Part shown: positions 9,566 to 16,326 of the stretch, in pieces
Layout: every line of letters begins with the position of its first letter
Position numbering within the stretch: position 1 is the stretch's first letter
Virus record (IMG/VR): IMGVR_UViG_3300020036_003824
Source of the DNA: an uncultured virus (IMG/VR IMGVR_UViG_3300020036_003824)
Lineage: Duplodnaviria > Heunggongvirae > Uroviricota > Caudoviricetes
DNA length: 20,000 nt
Strand: one strand, 5' to 3'
Position numbers and translations under genes: made by a program
Notes under the pieces: generated by a model
The model's database searches: none
The model's input: only the letters and a program-made list of their open reading frames with translations
Told to the model about the DNA's origin: nothing

Positions 9566-9789
9566 TCCCAAAATCCTTGTTTAATAAATTTTCCGTTTGC
9601 ATCAAAAATCACGTCCGAACGAAAAGGCGTGTAGCCATCAAAGTCGCTATTTTCTTCGTCCGGTTCGGCCCACATGGTAATAACTATTTTTGCATTTGGA
9701 TAGCGGCGAATATCATCCTGGATTTCTTTTGGCTTCAATTCTATGCCAAAGGACTTATAAAGATCAATAAATTTTTGTAGGTCTGTCAT
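9562..9789 (-). CDS. hypothetical protein, 75 aa
   Basis: ATGA-coupled on both sides; C-terminal FDANGKFIKQGFWE. Confidence 0.75.
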   Translation of the reverse strand: MTDLQKFIDLYKSFGIELKPKEIQDDIRRYPNAKIVITMWAEPDEENSDFDGYTPFRSDVIFDANGKFIKQGFWE

Positions 9790-10271
9790 TCTCCTGGAAA
9801 GTTAAGGTTTGCAAATTCGCCAAATAACTCTTTGGCCTTTTGATCGTAAGCGCGGGCGGCCTGTTCGGGGGTGTTGTATGTGCCTATGTAAAGCCTTATC
9901 CCGTTAGCCATTAATTTTGACTGCCATCTTCCAGCAGGCGTTCTGTATGCGCCTTTAAGGCCATGTACATTTTCTTTACGGGGCTTTCTATTCATAAGGT
10001 TTTGAGCCTGGCTACAAAGCCTTAAATTTTCGCGTCTGTTATCGAGTTGATTTCCGTTAATGTGGTCAACTTTTATATTTATATCCGTAACCCCCATTAT
10101 TTGCCTGTGCAAATATATATTGCCGTTCTTTCCGAATTCAGTGGGCTTGTACCTCTTTATGTATATTCCATGTCTCCGAACGTCTACAAACCACCTGTAC
10201 TTCATCAACTCTTCAAAATCGCAGTCATCAACTAAAGCGAAATAACCCTTTGTAAGTGGTACCTGTTTCAT
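9786..10271 (-). CDS. HNH endonuclease with C-terminal AP2 domain
   Basis: LHRQIM..VDHINGNQLDNRRENLR (HNH_3) and YIGTYNTPEQAARAYD (AP2); likely start MKQVPLTKG. Confidence 0.92.
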   Translation of the reverse strand: MKQVPLTKGYFALVDDCDFEELMKYRWFVDVRRHGIYIKRYKPTEFGKNGNIYLHRQIMGVTDINIKVDHINGNQLDNRRENLRLCSQAQNLMNRKPRKENVHGLKGAYRTPAGRWQSKLMANGIRLYIGTYNTPEQAARAYDQKAKELFGEFANLNFPGE

Positions 10272-10360
10272 AAAAAAGAAAGCGCCATACAAAAAACGAT
10301 ATGTATCAGATACCGAAAATGTATAGCGCAATTTGTCTTTGCCGATCTGATACATCGGTT
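10272..10360 (-). promoter_or_regulatory. structured 5' leader with two interleaved inverted repeats and a U-rich tail
   Basis: Stem A 10301-10311/10345-10355; stem B 10282-10291/10320-10329. Confidence 0.55.
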
Positions 10361-10374
10361 GCCGTTTGGCTTTC

Positions 10375-10382
10375 CAAAGATA
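10375..10382 (-). promoter_or_regulatory. Bacteroidota -7 element TATCTTTG
   Basis: Matches TAnnTTTG directly after the stop of the upstream gene. Confidence 0.6.
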
Positions 10383-11801
10383 CTATTTCTTTTTCAAACT
10401 TTCAACATAATTTTTAACCGCATACCAAGACGGTTTTTCGCTCCATCCGCTTTCTTTGTTTCTCAAAACCCCACTACTTTGCCACAAACCGCCATTACTT
10501 CCGGGTTCGTCGGCTGCCATGAAAACGTAGCACCTCGTTACCCCGGCTTTGAAATATTCTTTGTAGGTTTCTACGATCAATTTGCCTTGCGCTTCTTCAT
10601 CGGTCATTCCCGGCAGGGTTATGTGCATCCAAGACGGCCCGCGTGAATCAGCGCCAAATTCTGTTAACCATGTTTCTAAACCTAAACTTTTGCCCCATGC
10701 CACAACTTCATAAACGGTTGGGAAGTCTTTATCTTCACTTGGTAGGCAAGCGCTTGAGTTTTTCCACGTCGGCGGGTGAACGCCTTTCAGATTGAATTTG
10801 CTGGAATAATGGTGAATTGACAATGCATCTGACTGGAAAGGTAAACCCAATTGATCGAATTTGGCCTTCATTGCTTTCAGGTAGGGCAACTCAAAATTAG
10901 TAGTCCCGCCCATTATTACCTTTATATTCGGGTCGGCTCTTTTACAGGCTTTGTAAACGGCTGCCAACATTGCAGCCTGTTCTTCCGGGTGCAGGTAGGT
11001 TAGGTCTTTTTCGGTGCCACGATTCCACCACATTTGCCATTCATTCCCTATCTCAACTGCATTTATCAGATTTAAGCCTGATTTTTTGACGTTCTTAACG
11101 TCTCCATTCCATCTGGGCGTTTCGTCAATTCTCAAATCCGAATCCGGGTGAACTTTTGAACCGTACCTACAAACGATCTGATACCAAAATTCGGCGTAAT
11201 CTTCCCAGTTTTTAGGGTCGGCCCTGTTAAGCCCTTTTTTGATAGGCGGGTAATCATTTGATCCTATGCCTTGTGAATAGCCATTATACCAGTCCGGGGC
11301 CATATTTATACATGGCAGCACATCAATACCTAACCCTTTCGCCCTGTATAGATAATCGTCTAACCCATCAGCATACGCGGTCTGAGCTTGCCAAAACGGC
11401 TGCACAAACAGCCCATTGGGTCGCCATATCCATCCGCTTGCAATGTAAAGGCGAACGGTGCTAAACATGGTTAATTTTTCCAAAGGAACCCAGGGCAGGG
11501 TGTTAATTCCTATTCCTGTAACTCTTTTGGATGTGTCAATCGGCGGCGGCACCGTTGGCGTTGTGTCCTTTGGCGGCGTTCCCGGATTTAGGTTGATAGT
11601 TATTTCACCCTCTAATCGCAGGGTAACGATATGACTACCGTCTGGCCTGACCGAATCTCTGACAATGACCGCCGGGGCCGTTTGGCTTAACGGGGTGGAA
11701 TAGGTTGTCTCTTTGGGTATCTCAAAACTTTTAGATACATCCTGTTTTTTATTGCAGGAAAAGAGCAGGAAAATGGAGAGTATGGCGAGTAGTTGTTTCA
11801 T
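10383..11801 (-). CDS. lipoprotein glycoside hydrolase, clan GH-A (GH39/GH5-like)
   Basis: Signal peptide II MKQLLAILSIFLLFS-C; Pro/Thr linker; acid/base EIGNEW; SIHHY; nucleophile WLTEFG. Confidence 0.8.
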   Translation of the reverse strand: MKQLLAILSIFLLFSCNKKQDVSKSFEIPKETTYSTPLSQTAPAVIVRDSVRPDGSHIVTLRLEGEITINLNPGTPPKDTTPTVPPPIDTSKRVTGIGINTLPWVPLEKLTMFSTVRLYIASGWIWRPNGLFVQPFWQAQTAYADGLDDYLYRAKGLGIDVLPCINMAPDWYNGYSQGIGSNDYPPIKKGLNRADPKNWEDYAEFWYQIVCRYGSKVHPDSDLRIDETPRWNGDVKNVKKSGLNLINAVEIGNEWQMWWNRGTEKDLTYLHPEEQAAMLAAVYKACKRADPNIKVIMGGTTNFELPYLKAMKAKFDQLGLPFQSDALSIHHYSSKFNLKGVHPPTWKNSSACLPSEDKDFPTVYEVVAWGKSLGLETWLTEFGADSRGPSWMHITLPGMTDEEAQGKLIVETYKEYFKAGVTRCYVFMAADEPGSNGGLWQSSGVLRNKESGWSEKPSWYAVKNYVESLKKK

Positions 11802-11814
11802 GTTTCTTTTTAAA

Positions 11815-11876
11815 ATTTGGGGCGGCTGCCAGATACCCGCCTTTTGGCTGTCGATACCCGCAACCCACCCCGAAAT
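11815..11876 (-). other. intergenic long-loop hairpin with internal direct repeat
   Basis: Minus strand GGGGTGGGTTGC...GCAGCCGCCCC pairs with G.U; GATACCCGC occurs twice in the loop. Confidence 0.5.
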
Positions 11877-11880
11877 GATT

Positions 11881-12279
11881 TTACTCCGCCGGTTCCGTGT
11901 TCAACAGTTCGTCAAAATAATCATTCGTTGCTTTTGCGGCCAACCCGTAGGAAAGTGTTTTTGTAAACAGGTCTTTCGCGGCTGCTTTCTGTTCGTCACT
12001 TCCGGTTTTCAAAAGTCGGTCAACTACTGCGTTAAGTCGTTCGGTACTTTCAGGCGACATTTGAGAATCGTCGAAAATGTCTGCCAGGTCAACGAGGCCG
12101 GAAGCAATGTCTGCCTGATCTACGTCATCGCCTGCGAGGGCCACGAAAACGTCTGCCGCATCGTCGAGTTCCAAAGCAGACGAAACGACATTTTTCAGTA
12201 CGCCTTCAGAATTGTCATCAACGAAGTTTATTTTTTCTGCTGTAAGTTGCCGGATTTGTTCGGCTAATAGGTTTGCCAT
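11881..12279 (-). CDS. acidic hypothetical protein, 132 aa
   Basis: About 28 Asp/Glu versus about 10 Lys/Arg; own promoter motif. Confidence 0.8.
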   Translation of the reverse strand: MANLLAEQIRQLTAEKINFVDDNSEGVLKNVVSSALELDDAADVFVALAGDDVDQADIASGLVDLADIFDDSQMSPESTERLNAVVDRLLKTGSDEQKAAAKDLFTKTLSYGLAAKATNDYFDELLNTEPAE

Positions 12280-12307
12280 TGTATTTGTGTTTATGTGAAA
12301 GTATAGA

Positions 12308-12315
12308 CAAAAATA
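12308..12315 (-). promoter_or_regulatory. Bacteroidota -7 element TATTTTTG
   Basis: Matches TAnnTTTG about 29 nt upstream of ATG 12279. Confidence 0.5.
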
Positions 12316-12345
12316 CGAATATTAAGTGAGAGGGTGTGTTAAATT

Positions 12346-12930
12346 TCAATACGCTTTTCCGTGCATCCGTTCCCGTGTTGCGTTGTACTTCATTTTCAAT
12401 TCGATGTGCTTTAACAGGTCGATTTCTTCGCGTTCGCAAAGTTGAATGATGAGGGCAAGCGCTGAATGAATATTGTCTTTTGATTTTTCACTGTCCCAAA
12501 TATCATTCGTAAGCGCGTATTCACCCGCTCTTTGAATTTCACCGCAAATCTGGAAAAGGTTGGCTCCAAAATTTTCAGAATCCAAAGAAATTAAAGTAGT
12601 CGAAAGTAGCGCCGGTTTGATTTCAATTTCTTGCGAAGCACAGTAGTCCAAAATTCGGATAACTACGTCTGCGATTTCGTCGGCTGTCGTATCCTTTATG
12701 CAGTTTTCAAATGATATTTTAAACCACTGCTCATCGGTCACGTTTCCGTTATTAGGCAAGGCGAATTGTTTTAAATCTGCTTTCCTTACTTTCCTATGCG
12801 CTTCCAAAGCCTCGCTTGCTTCCGAAATAATCAGCATGAAAAGTTCGCCCGTGTTCCGGGGTGAATCCCAAAAACCTTTGTCCTTTGCGTTTTGGTGGAT
12901 TGCTTTTGCTAAGTTGTTTAGTTGCTTCAT
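12346..12930 (-). CDS. MazG-like nucleotide pyrophosphohydrolase
   Basis: KGFW, LIISEASEALEAHRK, DEIADVVIRILD, KMKYNATR..HGK motifs. Confidence 0.85.
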   Translation of the reverse strand: MKQLNNLAKAIHQNAKDKGFWDSPRNTGELFMLIISEASEALEAHRKVRKADLKQFALPNNGNVTDEQWFKISFENCIKDTTADEIADVVIRILDYCASQEIEIKPALLSTTLISLDSENFGANLFQICGEIQRAGEYALTNDIWDSEKSKDNIHSALALIIQLCEREEIDLLKHIELKMKYNATRERMHGKAY

Positions 12931-13130
12931 TACATTACAATATCTTCAGCGATTGCAAAACCGCCTGTTTTGAAATTTGTGAATTTTGCAATTCCGTTTG
13001 CAAGAAGTACAATTCCAGAAATTACGGCTTCTTTGATATTCTTTTGAGCAATACAAACGCAGTTTTTTTCGTGGTACTCGCAACCCCGACATACAAAGTC
13101 GGGCGTTTCATCGGTCATTTGAATTTTCAT
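12930..13130 (-). CDS. hypothetical protein, 66 aa (CxxC..C)
   Basis: TAATG coupling to the MazG-like gene. Confidence 0.6.
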   Translation of the reverse strand: MKIQMTDETPDFVCRGCEYHEKNCVCIAQKNIKEAVISGIVLLANGIAKFTNFKTGGFAIAEDIVM

Positions 13131-13272
13131 TTTTATCTTTTTTTTCGCGTTTGAGATATTCGGTTACCTGTGTGCTTGGTTTGTCGCTGTGCTTTGGGGA
13201 TAACCTACCTGTGCCAATTCCGGTCAACCAACATTGATACTTATTCGGGTCAAAGTATTCTACTTTTTTCAT
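13108..13272 (-). CDS. hypothetical protein, 54 aa (MKKVEYFDPNKYQCW...)
   Basis: Hand translation; ATGA overlap with the upstream stop; absent from the track. Confidence 0.5.
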   Translation of the reverse strand: MKKVEYFDPNKYQCWLTGIGTGRLSPKHSDKPSTQVTEYLKREKKDKNENSNDR

Positions 13273-13730
13273 CTGAAAATATTTGTCGGCACACCCCCGA
13301 AATAATGGTTTACAAGCGCACAGTTTTTTCGGTCTTGCGCCTGTGGCCCTGTGCAGTCTCGAAAAGAGATAACCAAATACCCCATCGAAGGCGAAACAGC
13401 AAATACCGGGTTATTCTTTGGGCCTGTGTAAACCATAAACCCATCAGGCGTTACCCCTGTAAAGGTAACGATTTCACTGTAAGAATCCGGCCCGGCGGGG
13501 TCGATACTCGAAATTGAAAGCCGGTTTTTTTCTTTCGATACGATAAACTGTGACTTGTTGGTCGTGCTGTCTGTGTGAGCAACAAATTTTTGTGTCAGTG
13601 AATCTAACTTGTAACTCACGTTTAAAGAGATGTAACCCTCTGAAAAGAACGTGTAGTTAAAGTCTTTTGGCTTTGGTTCAACCTGTGCCGAAAGGGTGAA
13701 GGGTAGGAAAAAGAATAGTAGGTATTTCAT
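13269..13730 (-). CDS. secreted/periplasmic hypothetical protein
   Basis: Signal peptide MKYLLFFFLPFTLSA-Q, with Gln at +1 as is common in Bacteroidota. Confidence 0.75.
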   Translation of the reverse strand: MKYLLFFFLPFTLSAQVEPKPKDFNYTFFSEGYISLNVSYKLDSLTQKFVAHTDSTTNKSQFIVSKEKNRLSISSIDPAGPDSYSEIVTFTGVTPDGFMVYTGPKNNPVFAVSPSMGYLVISFRDCTGPQAQDRKNCALVNHYFGGVPTNIFR

Positions 13731-13906
13731 TTTTGTATTTCTCGTTTTGTATTTGTTTCAATCGCCTGACAAACGCTTTCTATCCAAACGATGTGAGTAA
13801 TTGAAAGTTGACAATCTTTTTTGAGTTTTTCGATCAAAAATTCCGCACCGGATTTGGCGGTAATTTTTTCCGTTTGTACGGTCGGCCCGCTTCCAAAGTT
13901 TCCCAT
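13727..13906 (-). CDS. hypothetical protein, 59 aa (MGNFGSGPTVQTEK...)
   Basis: Hand translation; TAATG and ATGA coupling at the two ends. Confidence 0.65.
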   Translation of the reverse strand: MGNFGSGPTVQTEKITAKSGAEFLIEKLKKDCQLSITHIVWIESVCQAIETNTKREIQK

Positions 13907-14073
13907 TATAGTTGATCTTGTTCGATTGGGTGCCAGGTTTTGCCGTCTTGTGTGTATGTGAGATTTTGAAGGTCACAAACAACCATATTAATGCCGTCCT
14001 GCCAATGGTTATCATATTCAAACCACTTTGTGAGAAATGGCGGGTTGCCGTTCATTGTTACAAGGTATCTCAT
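13906..14073 (-). CDS. hypothetical protein, 55 aa (MRYLVTMNGNPPFLTKWFEY...)
   Basis: Hand translation; ATGA and TAATG coupling at the two ends. Confidence 0.7.
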   Translation of the reverse strand: MRYLVTMNGNPPFLTKWFEYDNHWQDGINMVVCDLQNLTYTQDGKTWHPIEQDQL

Positions 14074-14447
14074 CGTCTTGCGTTTACAATAGCATTAGGA
14101 TTTGCAATACAGGCTGCAAGGTACCTTTCAATCCACGGAACAAAATTCTCGTAAAGCCCCCATCCGTTTGGAGAATTGAATGCTTTGAAAATAGCAGGAT
14201 TTGCTTTCATCAAATTAAGCCCTTTGCCCATTTGCTCAATCAGGTCACGCGCATACACATTTCCGTCCTCTGAAACAAACGATTCGTCAGGTCGCCATAG
14301 GCATTCGTAGATACCGGCCTCAATCGCCATTTTGTTAAGGTTATGGGTAATATTGGCAGAGTAAACTTCTTCGATTTCTTCTGTATGGGTTGCTCCTTCG
14401 TCGAAACTAACCCATTTTTTGCGAAATAAATATACGTCTAAACTCAT
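14070..14447 (-). CDS. conserved phage hypothetical protein, 125 aa (MSLDVYL...NITHNL...NGWG)
   Basis: Recognisable phage family motifs; ATG at 14447. Confidence 0.8.
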   Translation of the reverse strand: MSLDVYLFRKKWVSFDEGATHTEEIEEVYSANITHNLNKMAIEAGIYECLWRPDESFVSEDGNVYARDLIEQMGKGLNLMKANPAIFKAFNSPNGWGLYENFVPWIERYLAACIANPNAIVNARR

Positions 14448-14451
14448 CGTT

Positions 14452-14562
14452 TTAATATTTTGGAAGGTATCCGTTTGTTTGCAGCCATGCCACAAATACG
14501 CCAACGGCGAAAATGACCATGCAGCCGAAAAGCACTTTTCTTGCTTCTTCTGATTTGCTCAT
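14452..14562 (-). CDS. small single-pass membrane protein, 36 aa (MSKSEEARKVLFGCMVIFAVGVFVAWLQTNGYLPKY)
   Basis: Hand translation; ATGA overlap; one hydrophobic helix. Confidence 0.6.
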   Translation of the reverse strand: MSKSEEARKVLFGCMVIFAVGVFVAWLQTNGYLPKY

Positions 14563-14882
14563 TGTTCTATAATTTCAACACCGTTATTTTGAAAGAGAAG
14601 TCCAATTGCTTGCATTATCGCGTCGGAAACTCCACCCTTGTCATAACGATAAGTTATTTGAATTGTCATACTTTCGTCGGTTTCCTCTGTTATCCATGCC
14701 CACCAATCGTTAGAGATTGAATATAGGTGAATTTTGTTGCCTTCGCGCCACCAATAGCGCCCGTATTGCATTGGATTTCTTATTTCCATTTCAGTTGGAA
14801 GGTTCCCTATACCGGCAAATACAGAGGCGATATTAAAGACGTTGCGGTGTGTATTCCCATGCTTTGATACTATCAGTTTCAT
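14559..14882 (-). CDS. hypothetical protein, 107 aa
   Basis: ATG-started ORF with upstream promoter motif. Confidence 0.75.
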   Translation of the reverse strand: MKLIVSKHGNTHRNVFNIASVFAGIGNLPTEMEIRNPMQYGRYWWREGNKIHLYSISNDWWAWITEETDESMTIQITYRYDKGGVSDAIMQAIGLLFQNNGVEIIEQ

Positions 14883-14913
14883 CGTTCTTTTTGTTTAACT
14901 GTTAATTGATGTA

Positions 14914-14921
14914 CAAATGTA
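14914..14921 (-). promoter_or_regulatory. Bacteroidota -7 element TACATTTG
   Basis: Matches TAnnTTTG, intergenic. Confidence 0.6.
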
Positions 14922-14945
14922 CACACCCTATCTTACCCAAGAACT

Positions 14946-15305
14946 TTAACACTTTTTCCTAAAGTAAATTTTCACCGTCCTTTCAAAGAGGTTTTCGGTT
15001 CGATCTTTCCATTCCTGAATTTCGCCCGATTTTAGAAAAGCCTGGAATTTACTTTCGGCTTCCTGCTCACTTAACCCCTTTGCTTTGGCTTTTCGGATGA
15101 ACGTTTGATGGATGAAAAGTTCGTTCGTCGGGATAGGGTTTGAAAAAGGAACAACTGAAATCTTCTTCATCGTCTTGTTGGGGTTCAAATATTTGATAGG
15201 ACTGATTGTAAGAAGGCGGCCATAGCCGCTTCGAGCGATTATTACTATTGCCTCATTCGTTTGAATGAGATTAGCAAGAATTTGTTTTGAAGAATCTTTT
15301 GCCAT
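14946..15305 (-). CDS. hypothetical protein (alternative start 15170)
   Basis: ATG after an A-rich leader. Confidence 0.6.
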   Translation of the reverse strand: MAKDSSKQILANLIQTNEAIVIIARSGYGRLLTISPIKYLNPNKTMKKISVVPFSNPIPTNELFIHQTFIRKAKAKGLSEQEAESKFQAFLKSGEIQEWKDRTENLFERTVKIYFRKKC

Positions 15306-15338
15306 TTTTTTAAAGTTTTGTAGTGAAAAAAACGAATC

Positions 15339-15405
15339 GGCTAACCCCGCTTTCCCGCCTATGCTTCTTACACAGGCGCACGGCGGGAAAGCATCAGTTA
15401 TCAGA
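15339..15405. repeat. conserved hairpin element copy 1 (attC-like)
   Basis: TAACCCCGCTTTCCCGCC-23 nt-GCGGGAAAGCATCAGTTA. Confidence 0.85.
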
Positions 15406-15586
15406 GATCAGAAAAAAACCATAAATAGGCCAGTTGCCAAGGCTGCGTTATTGTTTGCGTTCCGGCCAAATGACGGGAAACGGTAGCGTCGTGAACTTTA
15501 ACGCCTTTTTCAGCAGCCCACCGGATAAAGTCACGGGCCGTTTTTCCCGTGACTTCAAAGTTTTGTTTTAGTTCGGTATGAGTCAT
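15401..15586 (-). CDS. small HTH DNA-binding protein, 61 aa
   Basis: VKVHDATVSRHLAG resembles an XRE/Cro recognition helix. Confidence 0.7.
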   Translation of the reverse strand: MTHTELKQNFEVTGKTARDFIRWAAEKGVKVHDATVSRHLAGTQTITQPWQLAYLWFFSDL

Positions 15587-15589
15587 CTC

Positions 15590-16036
15590 TTAGAAGGAAA
15601 TTGCAATGTATTCATCAAGAGGGATGCCCAATTCATTTGCCCGGCTTAAATGTTTTTGATAAGGCCAAATGAAATTACAAAACGCATCGGTTTTCGCAGC
15701 GATAAAGTCAAACCTGTTTTCAACCCCCAAGTCAACCAATTCCTTTCCAATCGCACAAACAAACGCCCTGTATGGCCTAACGCCCCAATGTTTTTCCGCC
15801 GCTCCATTAACAATTTTACGCAATTCTATCAATGCCAATTTTTCCACAACATTTACCTTTGCAGATTTTGCCCCGTTTGGCAAAAGCAGTAAGGCGGCGC
15901 AATGCGTTCCAAAATGGTTTACTTCGCCATTCCGGTTATCTTCCAGCCAAACAACCCGTTTCAAACCTTGCTTGCCGCAGCAGGAGCAAAAATCTTTGTC
16001 GTCATTGACTCCGAGTAATTTGTAATTGACTTCCAT
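15590..16036 (-). CDS. hypothetical protein, 148 aa, putative Zn-binding N-terminus (CSCCGK...FGTHC)
   Basis: ATG at 16036 downstream of the promoter; the track start at 16078 overlaps the promoter region. Confidence 0.75.
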   Translation of the reverse strand: MEVNYKLLGVNDDKDFCSCCGKQGLKRVVWLEDNRNGEVNHFGTHCAALLLLPNGAKSAKVNVVEKLALIELRKIVNGAAEKHWGVRPYRAFVCAIGKELVDLGVENRFDFIAAKTDAFCNFIWPYQKHLSRANELGIPLDEYIAISF

Positions 16037-16064
16037 TGCTTTTATCTTTTCGTGAATGATAGGA

Positions 16065-16132
16065 CAAAGATAAGGCAAGTTTGATTATTTGTCAAGTATT
16101 TGAGCAATTATTTTTGACAAATACTCAAATGC
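16065..16132 (-). promoter_or_regulatory. promoter TATCTTTG (16065-16072) with upstream palindromic operator-like sites
   Basis: TAnnTTTG match; TTGTCAA 16090-16096 / TTGACAA 16114-16120; AGTATTTG 16096-16103 / CAAATACT 16118-16125. Confidence 0.6.
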
Positions 16133-16165
16133 TTTTCGGGCAAATCAAAAAACGTTGAAAATCAA

Positions 16166-16231
16166 TCTGATAACCCCGCTTTCCCGCCAATAATCCCTAA
16201 GCGGTCAAAAGCGGGAAAGCCTCAGTTAAAA
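16166..16231. repeat. conserved hairpin element copy 2 (attC-like)
   Basis: TAACCCCGCTTTCCCGCC-22 nt-GCGGGAAAGCCTCAGTTA. Confidence 0.85.
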
Positions 16232-16284
16232 AAACAATGCCGCGCAATCAGAGCCGGTAAGAGCGGCAAAGAAAACACGGCATC
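16228..16284 (-). terminator. long-loop hairpin followed by a U-tract (terminator-like)
   Basis: Minus strand ATGCCGTG...CGCGGCAT then TGTTTTTTTT. Confidence 0.45.
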
Positions 16285-16318
16285 AAGTTTCTTATTACAA
16301 CCTCTTACGTTGTTTTGA

Positions 16319-16326
16319 CAAAGTTA
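16319..16326 (-). promoter_or_regulatory. Bacteroidota -7 element TAACTTTG overlapping the ninG stop
   Basis: Matches TAnnTTTG; points into a non-coding structured region. Confidence 0.5.

Noticed and set aside
13758..14021. 87-aa track ORF
   Set aside because: Better explained by two coupled ORFs in other frames (13727-13906 and 13906-14073)
15342..16228. CRISPR array or IS terminal repeats
   Set aside because: Only two units about 830 bp apart with genes between; no cas or transposase; the variable part lies within a hairpin
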